Source of the DNA: Macrostomum lignano
Taxonomy: Eukaryota
Length of the DNA: 64,000 nt
Assembly: GCA_002269645.1 (NCBI GenBank)
Contig: NIVC01001505.1
Location: forward strand, 1-64,000
Reading direction: 5' to 3'
In this document: piece after piece, positions 44,625 through 54,799 of the stretch
Numbering within the stretch: position 1 is the stretch's first letter
How the letters are laid out: each line of letters begins with the position of its first letter
Program-made: the position numbers and the translations under genes
The notes under the pieces: model-generated
The model's input: only the letters and a program-made list of their open reading frames with translations
The model's database searches: none
What the model was told of the DNA's origin: nothing

Positions 44625-44821
44625 GTTGCGGCGCCGCACACTGGTCACGCGCAGTCAGTTGGCGCCAATTATGGCGCGCATCGAGCGCCACCTGCCTCAC
44701 GTGGCCTTTCATGCAAGAGCGGCCGTCGCCCGGCCCGCACCCAACGCTCTGTAGCGGCACCGGCAGCCGTCGTTCAGCGCCGCCTAGGAGTCCGGGCCGA
44801 ACTGCGCCTGGTGACGGCGAG
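44625..44821 (+). pseudogene. Truncated, frameshifted duplicate of Speedy exon 2
   Basis: Aligns to 22673-22880 including the acceptor context. It has a 12-nt deletion and a +4 indel, and is cut off by the YR retrotransposon at 44823. No exon 1 copy seen. Confidence 0.85.
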
Positions 44822-44822
44822 G

Positions 44823-47800
44823 TAAACCATGAGATAAGGATGGACAGGCAAGGGGGCAAACAAAGCGGCGTTTGGCGAGCAAAAGGCGGCAATAGCGCAA
44901 AGAAGCATTAAAGGGGGAGCAGCAAACGAACTCCCAACCCTAAAGAGGATAAGACAGTTAGTCAGAGTAGAGACGGGAGGAAAATTAAAAATGCGACACC
45001 ATCTGACCGACTGCCCGAGATTTGCAGTCGGGCGCTTCACACATTCAGAGCGCCAGTCACCCAGGGTCATGATATCAGGCAAGGCCACCCCCGCCTGTAG
45101 GGAAAAGCTGGCCCCACCGCGCCGCAGGCTGTGGCCAGAGAAGGCGGACGGGTTGAAACCGCAATTACGCAGAGCCTGCCGCAGAAGCGAGGTCAGCAGA
45201 CGAGGCTTCAAATGCAGCCTCCGCGAGCCCACGAGGTAGAACAACGGGACGGTGGCGCCGACGCGATTCTGGCGCAGGCGGCGCAACATCGCACTGACAG
45301 GGCACCAGGCCGCGCCGGCCAGGCAAGGCAGCTGCACCATGTGGACACGCTGGCCGAATTGGTTGGTCTTGGACCGCTGCAGCTGCAGCACCAGCCCGGA
45401 GCCGGAACAGGACAGATGGCTAGGGCGCAACTCGGCAGCTCCAGAGTCCAGCAGCAGGTCGCCAACTCGGATCAGCCCCCACCAAGCCATCAGCAAGGCG
45501 GCGCAGAATGGAGACCACAGGTTCGGGGCGAAGCCTCAACGGGCCGCAGGGTCGCCCGCAAGCCGCCGCAGGTGAGCGGGCTCGAGCGCCGTCGCCTGCT
45601 TGGTCTGAAGCCCCAGGAAGCGCCGAGCGCCCTCAAAAGGAACTGCAGCCGTGCCGCCCCTCGAGCTGGGTCTGGCGAGCCGGCCAGCTGGTGGAGCACC
45701 GAGACGGCATTGATGTAGGACCGCAGGGCTGAGAAGGCGCTAATTCGTGATTGCACCAGGTGGACGACGTACTGGCACAGGTCGCTTTCGCTGGCGGTGG
45801 TCGGACCGATGCCCGCCTGATCACAGAACGCACGCCAGGCCTTGAATTGGCTGCGGTAGGATTTGCAGGAGTTGTCTGCGAGGGCAAGGCGGCAGAGCAG
45901 ATATCGGTGGAGTCACTGCCTTCTGGGGCGACCTGAAAGCGGAGGGCGGCGCGAGAAGACACCGACAGCGCGTGCATGGCAAAATTGTCAGGCAAAAGGC
46001 AGATATGACCATAAAAACGAAAGCAAAAGTTAAGAATTCAGCACGAGAACCGAGCATACGAGACGCAGCGTCACTAAAAATTTGCATACGACCCGGCAGG
46101 TGATAAGTTTCAATACTAATACCATCACGAATGCACAACAAAGCCACAGTTTGATAGATCCGAAGGAGATCGGGATGACTGCAGGACAGGCGCTTTATCA
46201 TGCCGACAGCGGCGGTACTATCAGAGTATACCAAAACCTTGGTGTTGACTGTGCAGAGTGGAGCGAAACTTTAAAACCGTCAACAGCGGAGCCATGGCTT
46301 CGTTGAAATTTATGAGTAAATTCATAAACTGGCCATCGAAGTCTCTATCCCAATTGATGTACTCGTAGACCCAGTCAGTGAAGTTGAGGTCCTCAGAATG
46401 CCTGCCACACCTTCGGTGCAGCTGTCAGACTCAATCGCAGCGAGCTGCTCTTAGTTTGGCCATAGACTACTTACTAGGCGGCAACCAGGCCAGCGCTTTC
46501 CGCCACCAATCCAGATGCTTTTTTCAGCTCGGACGTAAGCACAGTTAGAGCCTTGCAGTCATAATCCATGGCGGTGATCAACGGCCGAAGGAAAGGCCGC
46601 AGCTGGCCATTGATTTGACACAGCCAGCCGAGCTTTCCCACCAGCTTCTGCATTGTCTTGAGGCGGATGGTCTGCGGTCTGGCCCAGACCGCAGTCCTGG
46701 CCCAGTCTCGCAGTCCTGGCCCAGAAAGCGCCACTTCAAGCCAGTAAGACGGTGGTCATTGGGACTGATGGCGACGGACCTGTAGGGATCTTTCAGATCC
46801 ACTTTGGCCATGAAGGAATCGGGCTTTAAAATGCTTTTTGAATTCTCGAACGGAGCCAAAACGGATGCCTTTTTCCTGCTGACAGTAGTCATTAACAGAG
46901 TCGGCGAGCGGAGCAGACAGATCGTGAACGAAGTGGACTTTCCCGTTGGCTTTAGGCAAGGCACCAATGAGGTTCACTTTCACAGGCTCCCGGGTAACGG
47001 TGTAGCGGCCTAGCCGAAGCTCATCCAGATGCTGAGCTTCCTCCTTGGCGGCATTCTGGCTAGCGGATGCGTAATTATCTCTCAGAGTAGTAATATTAGG
47101 TTGCTTATTATTAACCAGAAGAAAGTAATGAACGATAACATTCATCAAATACTGCTTGTCGGGGCCGTTATGCAGCAGCTTCTCCCAAGCAGAAGCCTTC
47201 AAATCACCAGCAGAGGAGTTAAAAGTGGCTTGAAGCAGAGGATTAAAAGCACTATAAAATTCATTCAGTTTTTTGTCTCCTGCATTGGCCGCGAGTCATC
47301 AGAACCGCGCTGGAGCAGCTGAGCAGGATGTTGGTGCTGATGGGCAGGATGCTGTCGCCCACAGCCCTTCACTTTGCAGATGTGGCGGTAAGAGCAGGAG
47401 GCTCTCTGGCAAACAGCAATGGCGTTGTAGCTGAGGCACACGGGCCGCGGGCTAGCAGGCTGGTCTTTGCTTTGGGGTAGGCGCACACTGGTTGGTGCGT
47501 GCAAATGCTTGTGATAGAGCTGAGGTGGCTCGCATCCCCACTGGCTCCCTGTGGAATCGTGCATGAGCTTGCGGTAATCCTCATCAAAATCCCAGACAGC
47601 GCTAGTCTCGTAGCCGGCACCGGCATCAAGAAGCTCTCCCACCTTCTTGGGTGTACTGCAGATATCCAAACAGGCCTTCAGTGTTGAGACTTCCATCACC
47701 ATTACTTCTAAGTAGGCTACCATCAGCAATCAGCCTGGACATGATCTCGGCGTTAGCAGCAATCCACTGGCCAACAGAAACTTTCCCTAGCGGCCACCAT

Positions 47801-48493
47801 GTTGCTTCTATTCCCGAGGCATTCTTACTCTTTGGTTTTCCAAAGTCCCGCACGGGGTAAAGCCGGCTTGATCCCGTCGGGATAGCACTGCCACCGGCAC
47901 TCGTCTGCCCAGTCCCTATCGATTGGCCCAGCGTTTCAGCACATTCACGCAATACATCAGTCCAGACTGGCGCTCACCTGGCTGAGACAGCGATGATCCC
48001 GACGCCTCGAGCCCACCCTAGCTGTCGCTGCAGCTGAGCCTTGCGGTTCTCGGAGACCCGACATTCCAGCTCTTCCACTTCGTGCTGAAGCCGCCTTCTC
48101 CGATTGCCATCCGACTGGGACTGGGCCCCGCGGCAGTCTCCTCGTCTGATCCGTCGCTATCCGGGCTGCGTCCAGCGCTGCAGAGAGGGCGGCCTCTTTG
48201 TTTTTGGCCTGGCGTCTCCGTTGATCAGATCTCCGGCTGTGTGCTTTGCTGCATGGCTTGGCGAAGGCGCTGAATGAGCTCACTCTTTTTGCCTTGTTGT
48301 TTGCATCTGTAATTGAATAAAAGGCTACGCAGCTCTTTGGCTGTATAATGATTCAGCGGTTCTTGCGGTTCAGGCATACTTCAAATAGCTAGCCTGCTTA
48401 AAAGTTAGCTAGTTTGAAAAATTGAGTGCAGAGTGGCAAGAGCGGCGAGAGCGCAGTTGCGCAGCCTCCCCCCTCATATAGTTTATAAACCAT
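44823..48493 (-). mobile_element. Decayed tyrosine-recombinase retrotransposon (Ngaro/DIRS group), element B
   Basis: Minus-strand order: gag (ATG 48377, SAP-like YTAKELRSLL...GKKSELIQRL, C-terminal Cys/His finger, stop 47265), RT (MAKVDLKDPYRSV, YxDD region deleted), RNase H (VYSDSTAA...DAASR), YR (RVGDL, RSKTNQ, HSLRRGG, GDW). Multiple stops and frameshifts. TAAACCAT at both ends. Confidence 0.9.
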
Positions 48494-49326
48494 TGGCAAA
48501 CCTCTGAACATGGCAGAGTAATGGACACATCATTGTGCAGGATGGGATTATCGGTCGGGAACAGCGGATCCGAGGACCACTAGAAGTTACCGTTGTGTGT
48601 TACCGTTAGTAACTTCTGTGGTCCTTTAAGTGGATCGAGAGGGTGTGGGGGGACAAAAATTATAATGAGGCCGTATATTTTACATGTAGGTTTGTGTAAG
48701 ATTTCCCTCGGGGTGATCTACTAATAGATTGTTTGCTTCTTTCCGTGGTCCCATCTGAGAGCAGTAATAATCCAGCTGCATGGTCTCTCCGAGAATCACT
48801 GTACCAAAATTTTAATGTGATTTTTTTTTAAATTAAAAATTTACGTGTATCTATACTGAATTGCAGTACATGTACATTCTATTTAACACACTTCAAATCT
48901 AAGTTATAAAAAATAAACTATTAAATTGACTGAAAAAACGCGAGACTATTAGAAAAGGCTGGGTAATAAAATTTATCTTCTAACAAAAGCAGTAAGGCTT
49001 GAGTCATACATGTAGATATACGATCGTGTGTTTATGTATACATGTAATTCCATAGACAAGCTAGCCACATGTAATTCCGATCTATAATTTACATGTATTA
49101 TTTAGTTTAAGCTCCACTTATAGTATAAAGTTCCACTGTGTATAGTTATACAACACAGTGGTCTTGTATTTAGTCTATCGCCGACTAAAATTCAGCTATG
49201 TACTCAACACTGCTCTACATATGTATGTAATAGCTATAGAACGGCAATAGTACTACGCCATGACTTTGGACTCCCGCGCGCACAGAAGTCCCCTGTTTTT
49301 TAGTACAACGGTTCAGCAGGGCAAGA

Positions 49327-50252
49327 GGGGGGTCGCTTTCATAAGACCGAAATTTCACAACGCCGAAAACTACTGCACGATCCTTCACAAGACCAAAACT
49401 TTATAAGACCGAAATTTCACAACGCCGAAAACTCAAAATGCAGGGCCCTTCACAAGACCGAAACTTCATAAGACCGAAGTTTCACAACGCCGAAAACTCA
49501 AAATGCAGAGCCATTCACAAGACCGAAACTTCATAAGACCGAAGTTTCACAACGCCGAAAACTCAAAATGCAGAGCCATTCACAAGACCGAAACTTCATA
49601 AGACCGAAGTTTCACAACGCCGAAAACTCAAAATGCATGGGGCCCTTCACAAGACCGAAACTTCATAAGACCGAAATTTCACAACGCCGAAAAATCGAAA
49701 TGCTCAGTAGCATTGCCACGTGGCCCACATATACTCATACAATGTATGCTGATGAAAATATGCTCATACGTTATCATATGTTATCAGCGAATCAATGGTT
49801 ATCAAATACTTGGCCTGTACACAAATGAAGCAAAAAAATCTTAAGGGTGCTAGAAAGGGTATTCGTCAAACTTCATAGCACGTTTGTGCATGGTGTATGT
49901 GATATGTGAATCCATTTGGTATTTCATAAGACGAACATAAACGTGAACCTACGTTAAAGAAAATAAATTTATTCAATAAAATGTCGTGAACAACAACTTG
50001 AGTACTTCGTATAGGTGAATTAACAAAGTGTTTCAATTGGTTTCTTCACCATAGGCCCGCGAAATTGTCAACGAGAGAGGACATTATGTACTATATGGCA
50101 TTTTATTTTATGCGGCCTTACGAAGTTTCGGTCTTGTGAAGGGCCCTGCATTTTGAGTTTTCGGCGTTGTGAAACTTCGGTCTTATGAAGTTTCGGTCTT
50201 GTGAAGTATGGTGTTTCGGCGTTGTGAAATTTCAGTCTTATGAAACCCCCCC
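49327..50252. mobile_element. ~925-bp MITE-like insertion with tandem subterminal repeats
   Basis: Arms GGGGGG(TCGC)TTTCATAAGACCGAAATTTCACAACGCCGAAA are inverted at the two ends. The element is absent from the paralogous position near 24780. TSD not resolved. Confidence 0.75.
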
Positions 50253-50708
50253 TTATGAAATCCCTCTCAAGGGGGTTATAATATTTCCTTCTTTCATTTG
50301 TTCATTGCCCGAAAGCATTTCATATCGACGATAAAGACTGTGATCGACGAGTACGATCGGAAGTCGTACGAAGAGTTCGGAGTCGTGCACGAGGTTTGGT
50401 CGCGGTAATCTAAATAAAACAAAATATTTAGAAACAAACTTTTCGCCTTAGGTTTACTAAGAGTAATTTTCCAGGTAATATACAACAAAATAAAAAATCT
50501 TGGCCATAAATGCAGGCAGTTCTAGTTATCTAAGATTCTATGTAGCGTACCTTTTTCGCTTTTTTGCAATTCGAAATTTCGATTTTTAAGCTAATTTTCA
50601 TTATAACATATTGCAGATTTAAAAGGTACAAATTGCCGTTTCACTGTATAAACTTGTATTGTAGGTGGCAAAAGATAGTACTCATCGCTCTATTATAAAT
50701 GAGAGCTG

Positions 50709-50754
50709 ATGGACGATCAATTGTTACCATCAATAAGCTTGTCTGTTTTTCTTG
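50709..50754 (+). CDS. Putative exon 1 of a second RNF213-like paralog (MDDQLLPSISLSVFL-g|GTAAGT)
   Basis: Differs from 25319-25370 (MDVDDQLVPSLSLSIFL-g|GTAAGT) by an in-frame 6-nt indel, one synonymous change and three conservative changes. The donor is conserved. No downstream exons in the window. Confidence 0.5.
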
Positions 50755-51075
50755 GTAAGTTTGTGGTCTGGTCTCTTCAGATTGTTATATTTATTAGCTT
50801 CCTCAAAGGTTGCGATTTCAGGGGCCGGTTTTAACCTGCTCTGTAATCGTGTTTAGCCGACGGGGCCGCCCCCTCCGCCCGTCTGTGCGTGCGGCCCGCG
50901 CGTGTGCATCCCTGCCGCAAGGTGGGGTGCTGGGTGCCGGCCGGCAGGCGGGGGTGTTGGGTTGGGGGTGGGCGGCGTCGGCCCCCTTTTATTTGTGCGC
51001 TCACGCTCTCTCGTGCGCGCTGCGAGAGCGCTTTGGCTCGTAAAATTTTTTTGCGACTATCTGGCTCTGGCTATC

Positions 51076-52092
51076 ATGCATCGTGTGGACCGACTAACAG
51101 TCAAACAACTCAAGAGTGAGCTGGGTAGCCGAGGCCTCTCAACCGCAGGCAATAAGTCGGCCTTGCAAGCCAGACTGAGACAACACGAGGGGCAGTCACA
51201 GCTTCAAGACGGCGGGACATCGGCATTGACATCGGCATCGGCATCGCCCTGTGCGCAGGAGGAGCTCCAAGACCAAGGCCGGTACCCACGGGAGGCGGAC
51301 CTGGACGGCGAGATTCGGCGGGCGCAGAAACGGCTGCAGCTCCTAGAGCTTCAAACACGCGAGCGAGAGCTTCGTGAACGCGCCGTCGTGACTGCTCGTA
51401 CAGAATCAGGTGAGCAGCAGAATCTTTTCGCTGAACTTATCAACCCAACAGGCCCCGTCAGCGCTAGAGCCAACCCCCGGCCGGTCGGGCAGCCGTGTCT
51501 ACTCGTCAGAGACTTTGTCGATGATCTGTCAGGCCAGGCTGACGAGCTGCTCACCAGGGGCAGCTCTGGCGGCCTCGTGCTCAAGAAGTCGACGACCAAG
51601 CTGGACGGCATGACAATTGGGCAGTGGTTCGCCGGCAGTATGAAGGTCCTGCTTCAGATACTTGAAGACACAGCGCCGCAGCTGACCAGCAAGGGCCAAG
51701 TGTACAGCACAACTGAGCAAGTCAAAGATTACGCCCAGTACAATGTCCAGGTGGCCGAGCTATTCGACAGATTCCCAGCGCACCGGGTGATCAGATTCGA
51801 CCATGACTACCGCCAGCACCGCGCAGCCAACAGCCTTCGCTGGGGCAAAGACTGCGCCCAGATGTCGATCAGGCACCTGCTCAGCATTAAGACGGACCAG
51901 TACAATCAGACAGCCAAGCGAAACCAGCCTAGCAACAAGAGCCGCGTCATGGGTCCGCGGACATCCTCAGGCCGCGAGCTGTGCTTGTCCTTCAACAGCA
52001 CCAACGGCTGCATGAGGAGCAACTGCCGATTCCTCCATGCCTGCCGAATCTGTGAGGGCAGCCACTCCGAGCAAAATCACGCAAAAAACTGA
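51076..52092 (+). CDS. Gag-like ORF1 of element A, 338 aa: N-terminal SAP domain, coiled coil, C-terminal CCCH plus CxxC-H fingers
   Basis: RLTVKQLKSELGSRGLSTAGNKSALQARL fits the SAP consensus. C-terminal CLSFNSTNGCMRSNCRFLHACRICEGSH. Confidence 0.88.
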   Translation: MHRVDRLTVKQLKSELGSRGLSTAGNKSALQARLRQHEGQSQLQDGGTSALTSASASPCAQEELQDQGRYPREADLDGEIRRAQKRLQLLELQTRERELRERAVVTARTESGEQQNLFAELINPTGPVSARANPRPVGQPCLLVRDFVDDLSGQADELLTRGSSGGLVLKKSTTKLDGMTIGQWFAGSMKVLLQILEDTAPQLTSKGQVYSTTEQVKDYAQYNVQVAELFDRFPAHRVIRFDHDYRQHRAANSLRWGKDCAQMSIRHLLSIKTDQYNQTAKRNQPSNKSRVMGPRTSSGRELCLSFNSTNGCMRSNCRFLHACRICEGSHSEQNHAKN

Positions 52093-54728
52093 GCAAGCGC
52101 GCCGACACGGCGCGCGAAACCGATTTTACCCCTCCTGCTTTTAACTGCCTCGCTCAGCCCGCTCCCGTGCCCTGCATCGTCAAGCCTCCAGTGCGGATGT
52201 CCGATCTGACGCAGCCAGTGGGCGATCTCTGCATCGACGCCTGGCGCTCCGAGCTTGTGGGCGACCCCGACGCTGATTTTATTCTCGACGGCATCGAGAG
52301 CGGCTTCTCCATTGTCGATGACTTCGACTTTACGCCGTGTCTCTGCAGCAACTACCAGTCCGTCAACCGGAATCGCGACCAAGTCCAAGCTGTTATCGGT
52401 GAAGAAATCCGGCTCGGGAGGTACGTCCCAGTCGTGGACAAGCCTGCGATGGTCTGTCCGCTGGGAGCCATTCCGAAAGACAGCTCCGGCATCCGGCTAA
52501 TCCATGATTGCTCCGTCCCTCGCGGCTGCAGCCTGAACGATCACTATGCCCAACAACGGCGTCTCCGCTTCACCTCCGTCGACGAGGCCGTCAGGATGAT
52601 GCAGCCCGGCTGGTTTATGGCAAAGGTGGACATCGCGTCAGCCTACCGCAGCGTGCCAATTTCTCCGCAGTGCTACCAAGCCACCGGCATCCACTGGGAC
52701 TTCGGCAATGGCTGCTCAACCTTCCTGGTGGATACGCGGTTACCATTCGGCAGCAGAGCCTCCGTCAGCATTTTCCATCGCCTCACGCAAGCGGCCCGGC
52801 GAATGATGTGTCGCAAGGGGTTCCTGGCAACCGTCGTTTTCATCGATGACTTCCTCGTCATGGCCAGGACGAAAGCCGAGTGTGACAGGGCCTACCACGA
52901 GCTGCGCAACCTGCTCACCAGGCTTGGCTTCACCATCAACGAGAAAAAGTCGGTGCCGCCGACGACAAAGCTGCGATTCCTCGGCATTGACATCGACACC
53001 GTGCAAGCCAGTCTTTCCTTCCCAGCCGACAAAGCCGAAAAGCTTCAGCTTCTCCTTGACACCTGCCTCTCGCGGAGGAGCCTGTGCAAGGCGGAACTGC
53101 AGAAGCTGCTCGGGCACCTCAGCCACTTGTGCACTGCCGCCCAGCACGGGCGAACTTTCCTGCGGCCGCTGATCGAACTGGTCAACAGCCTGGCGCATCC
53201 GTCCGACAGGGTCGGCGTCACGGAGGAGCTCCAGTCGCAGCTGAGGTGGTGGATGACCGCGTTGAGCACGCTGCCGCCTAGAGCTGCCTGGCCCTCGCGT
53301 CGGCCGGCTGGTGCGATTGAGTCTGACGCCTGTGACATTGGAGGCGGTGCTGTGCTGCATTTCGTCGACAGAGAACCGGTTTGGCTCTACATCGACTGGC
53401 AGTCCGACTGTGATGGCGCGTTCAAGGAGCTGCACATCAACCTCAAGGAGTGCGCCGCCCCGCTGGTTGCGATTCTGCAGCACCAAGAAGCCTTCAGCGG
53501 CTGCTCGGTTGCAGTCTACACTGACAGCACCGCCGCCTGCGGCATCATTAACTCGGGTTCCGCCAAGCACCAAGGTATTGCCGACCTGCAGAAGCGCGTC
53601 GCCCTGACCTGCATTCAACGCGACATCATCGTCCGCGCGCACCATGTGCCTGGCCGCTTCCAGCTGCTCGCAGACCCGCTGTCCAGAGCGCATGACCCCA
53701 GCCAGCTTGCCAACTTTCTGTTTCGCTTCTATGGCACCTGCTATGTGCCAACCAGCTTGCTTGCCTCCGCTTGCTTGAGCTCTGCCGCTGCCTCCCACCT
53801 TCTGTTTCAGGTCCGCCTCCTGTGGTCCCGGGTCCCGGCCTCTCCGCACCGGCACGTCGACTGCTCAGCCAAGGCTTCGCCAGCTCAACTCGCTCCGCCT
53901 ACGCCAGCCAGTGCGCGTCCTGGATGCGATTCTGCGCCGCCCACAGACTTCAACCGCTGTCAGCGCAGCCCGCCGACGTGTGCAACTACCTGGCGGAGCT
54001 GGCGAACAACCGGCTGTTCTCAGTCAGCAGCCTATCCTGCCACCTCGCCGCCGTGTCTTGGCTCTACAAATCAAACAGCGTGGCTGACCCGACGAGGCAG
54101 CCACTGGTTCAGCTTGCCCTGCGCGGCGCCCGCCGGCTCCTCGGCGCCGCCCCAAGGAGCAAACGAGCGTTGCGGCCGGCCGACCTGCAGCGGCTGCACG
54201 GCGTGCTGCGACCTGAAGAGCCCAGGGACTGCGCATTCTGGTGCGCCTGCATCGTGGGCTGGTGGGCCATGCTACGGCGAGCCAACCTGTGCGTATCCGG
54301 CCGGTTCGATCCGCAGCGAGACCTCAGTGCGAGCTGCATCCGGCCGTCAAGGGCGGGCGTCATCCTCGTCATTCCGAGGTCGAAGACCAACCAGTTCGGG
54401 GCGCGCCAGCACCGAGTTTTCTTGCCGCAGCTCCCAGACGGACATCCACTCTGCCCGGTCACCGCGCTCCAGAAGCAGCTGCGCATTAACCGACCGCAGG
54501 ACGCCCAGCATCACTTGTTCAGTACCCGAACCAGACGGTCCACCGCACCGCTCACCGCGCGCACCTTCGCGAGGCGCCTGTCCGCGGCACTTCGACAGGC
54601 CGGGTTCGCCGAGCCAGCCAGGTTCTCTGGGCACTCGTTGCGTCGAGGTGGCGCTACATCCGCGGCGGAGGCCGGCATCCCCATCGATTCAATCATGCGA
54701 GTCGGTGACTGGGCAAGCAGCGCTGTAG
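52089..54728 (+). CDS. Reverse transcriptase / RNase H ORF2 of element A, in the -1 frame relative to gag (track ORF 52167-54728)
   Basis: RT motifs IRLIHDCS, MAKVDIASAYRSV, LPFGSRASVSIF, VVFIDDFL and FLGIDID. RNase H motifs IESDAC, HINLKE, VYTDSTAA and LADPLSR. The frame is open from the gag stop region onward. Confidence 0.92.
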   Translation: MSKRADTARETDFTPPAFNCLAQPAPVPCIVKPPVRMSDLTQPVGDLCIDAWRSELVGDPDADFILDGIESGFSIVDDFDFTPCLCSNYQSVNRNRDQVQAVIGEEIRLGRYVPVVDKPAMVCPLGAIPKDSSGIRLIHDCSVPRGCSLNDHYAQQRRLRFTSVDEAVRMMQPGWFMAKVDIASAYRSVPISPQCYQATGIHWDFGNGCSTFLVDTRLPFGSRASVSIFHRLTQAARRMMCRKGFLATVVFIDDFLVMARTKAECDRAYHELRNLLTRLGFTINEKKSVPPTTKLRFLGIDIDTVQASLSFPADKAEKLQLLLDTCLSRRSLCKAELQKLLGHLSHLCTAAQHGRTFLRPLIELVNSLAHPSDRVGVTEELQSQLRWWMTALSTLPPRAAWPSRRPAGAIESDACDIGGGAVLHFVDREPVWLYIDWQSDCDGAFKELHINLKECAAPLVAILQHQEAFSGCSVAVYTDSTAACGIINSGSAKHQGIADLQKRVALTCIQRDIIVRAHHVPGRFQLLADPLSRAHDPSQLANFLFRFYGTCYVPTSLLASACLSSAAASHLLFQVRLLWSRVPASPHRHVDCSAKASPAQLAPPTPASARPGCDSAPPTDFNRCQRSPPTCATTWRSWRTTGCSQSAAYPATSPPCLGSTNQTAWLTRRGSHWFSLPCAAPAGSSAPPQGANERCGRPTCSGCTACCDLKSPGTAHSGAPASWAGGPCYGEPTCAYPAGSIRSETSVRAASGRQGRASSSSFRGRRPTSSGRASTEFSCRSSQTDIHSARSPRSRSSCALTDRRTPSITCSVPEPDGPPHRSPRAPSRGACPRHFDRPGSPSQPGSLGTRCVEVALHPRRRPASPSIQSCESVTGQAAL

Positions 54729-54799
54729 AGCGGTACCTACCGCCTTCGGTTGAGCGCGGTGCGCCGCTGCGCCTGGCTTCACTCCTCCCCTCAGCGTGA
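53771..54799 (+). CDS. Tyrosine recombinase ORF3 of element A; no ATG before the conserved N-terminal domain
   Basis: Catalytic set intact: RRANL (R), RSKTNQ (K), HSLRRGG (HxxR), GDW...ERYL (W, Y). N-terminal STRSAY...WMRFC core-binding region. Confidence 0.93.
   Translation: MLELCRCLPPSVSGPPPVVPGPGLSAPARRLLSQGFASSTRSAYASQCASWMRFCAAHRLQPLSAQPADVCNYLAELANNRLFSVSSLSCHLAAVSWLYKSNSVADPTRQPLVQLALRGARRLLGAAPRSKRALRPADLQRLHGVLRPEEPRDCAFWCACIVGWWAMLRRANLCVSGRFDPQRDLSASCIRPSRAGVILVIPRSKTNQFGARQHRVFLPQLPDGHPLCPVTALQKQLRINRPQDAQHHLFSTRTRRSTAPLTARTFARRLSAALRQAGFAEPARFSGHSLRRGGATSAAEAGIPIDSIMRVGDWASSAVERYLPPSVERGAPLRLASLLPSA

Noticed and set aside
52740-53855. 371-aa antisense ORF opposite RT/RNase H
   Set aside because: No recognisable motif. 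Long antisense ORFs are expected opposite GC3-rich coding sequence.
53811-54728. 306-aa extension of the RT/RNase H frame overlapping YR as a separate functional domain
   Set aside because: Low-complexity Arg/Pro/Ser/Ala sequence. The equivalent frame in element B stops after ~100 codons, so it is most likely a consequence of GC-rich overlap.
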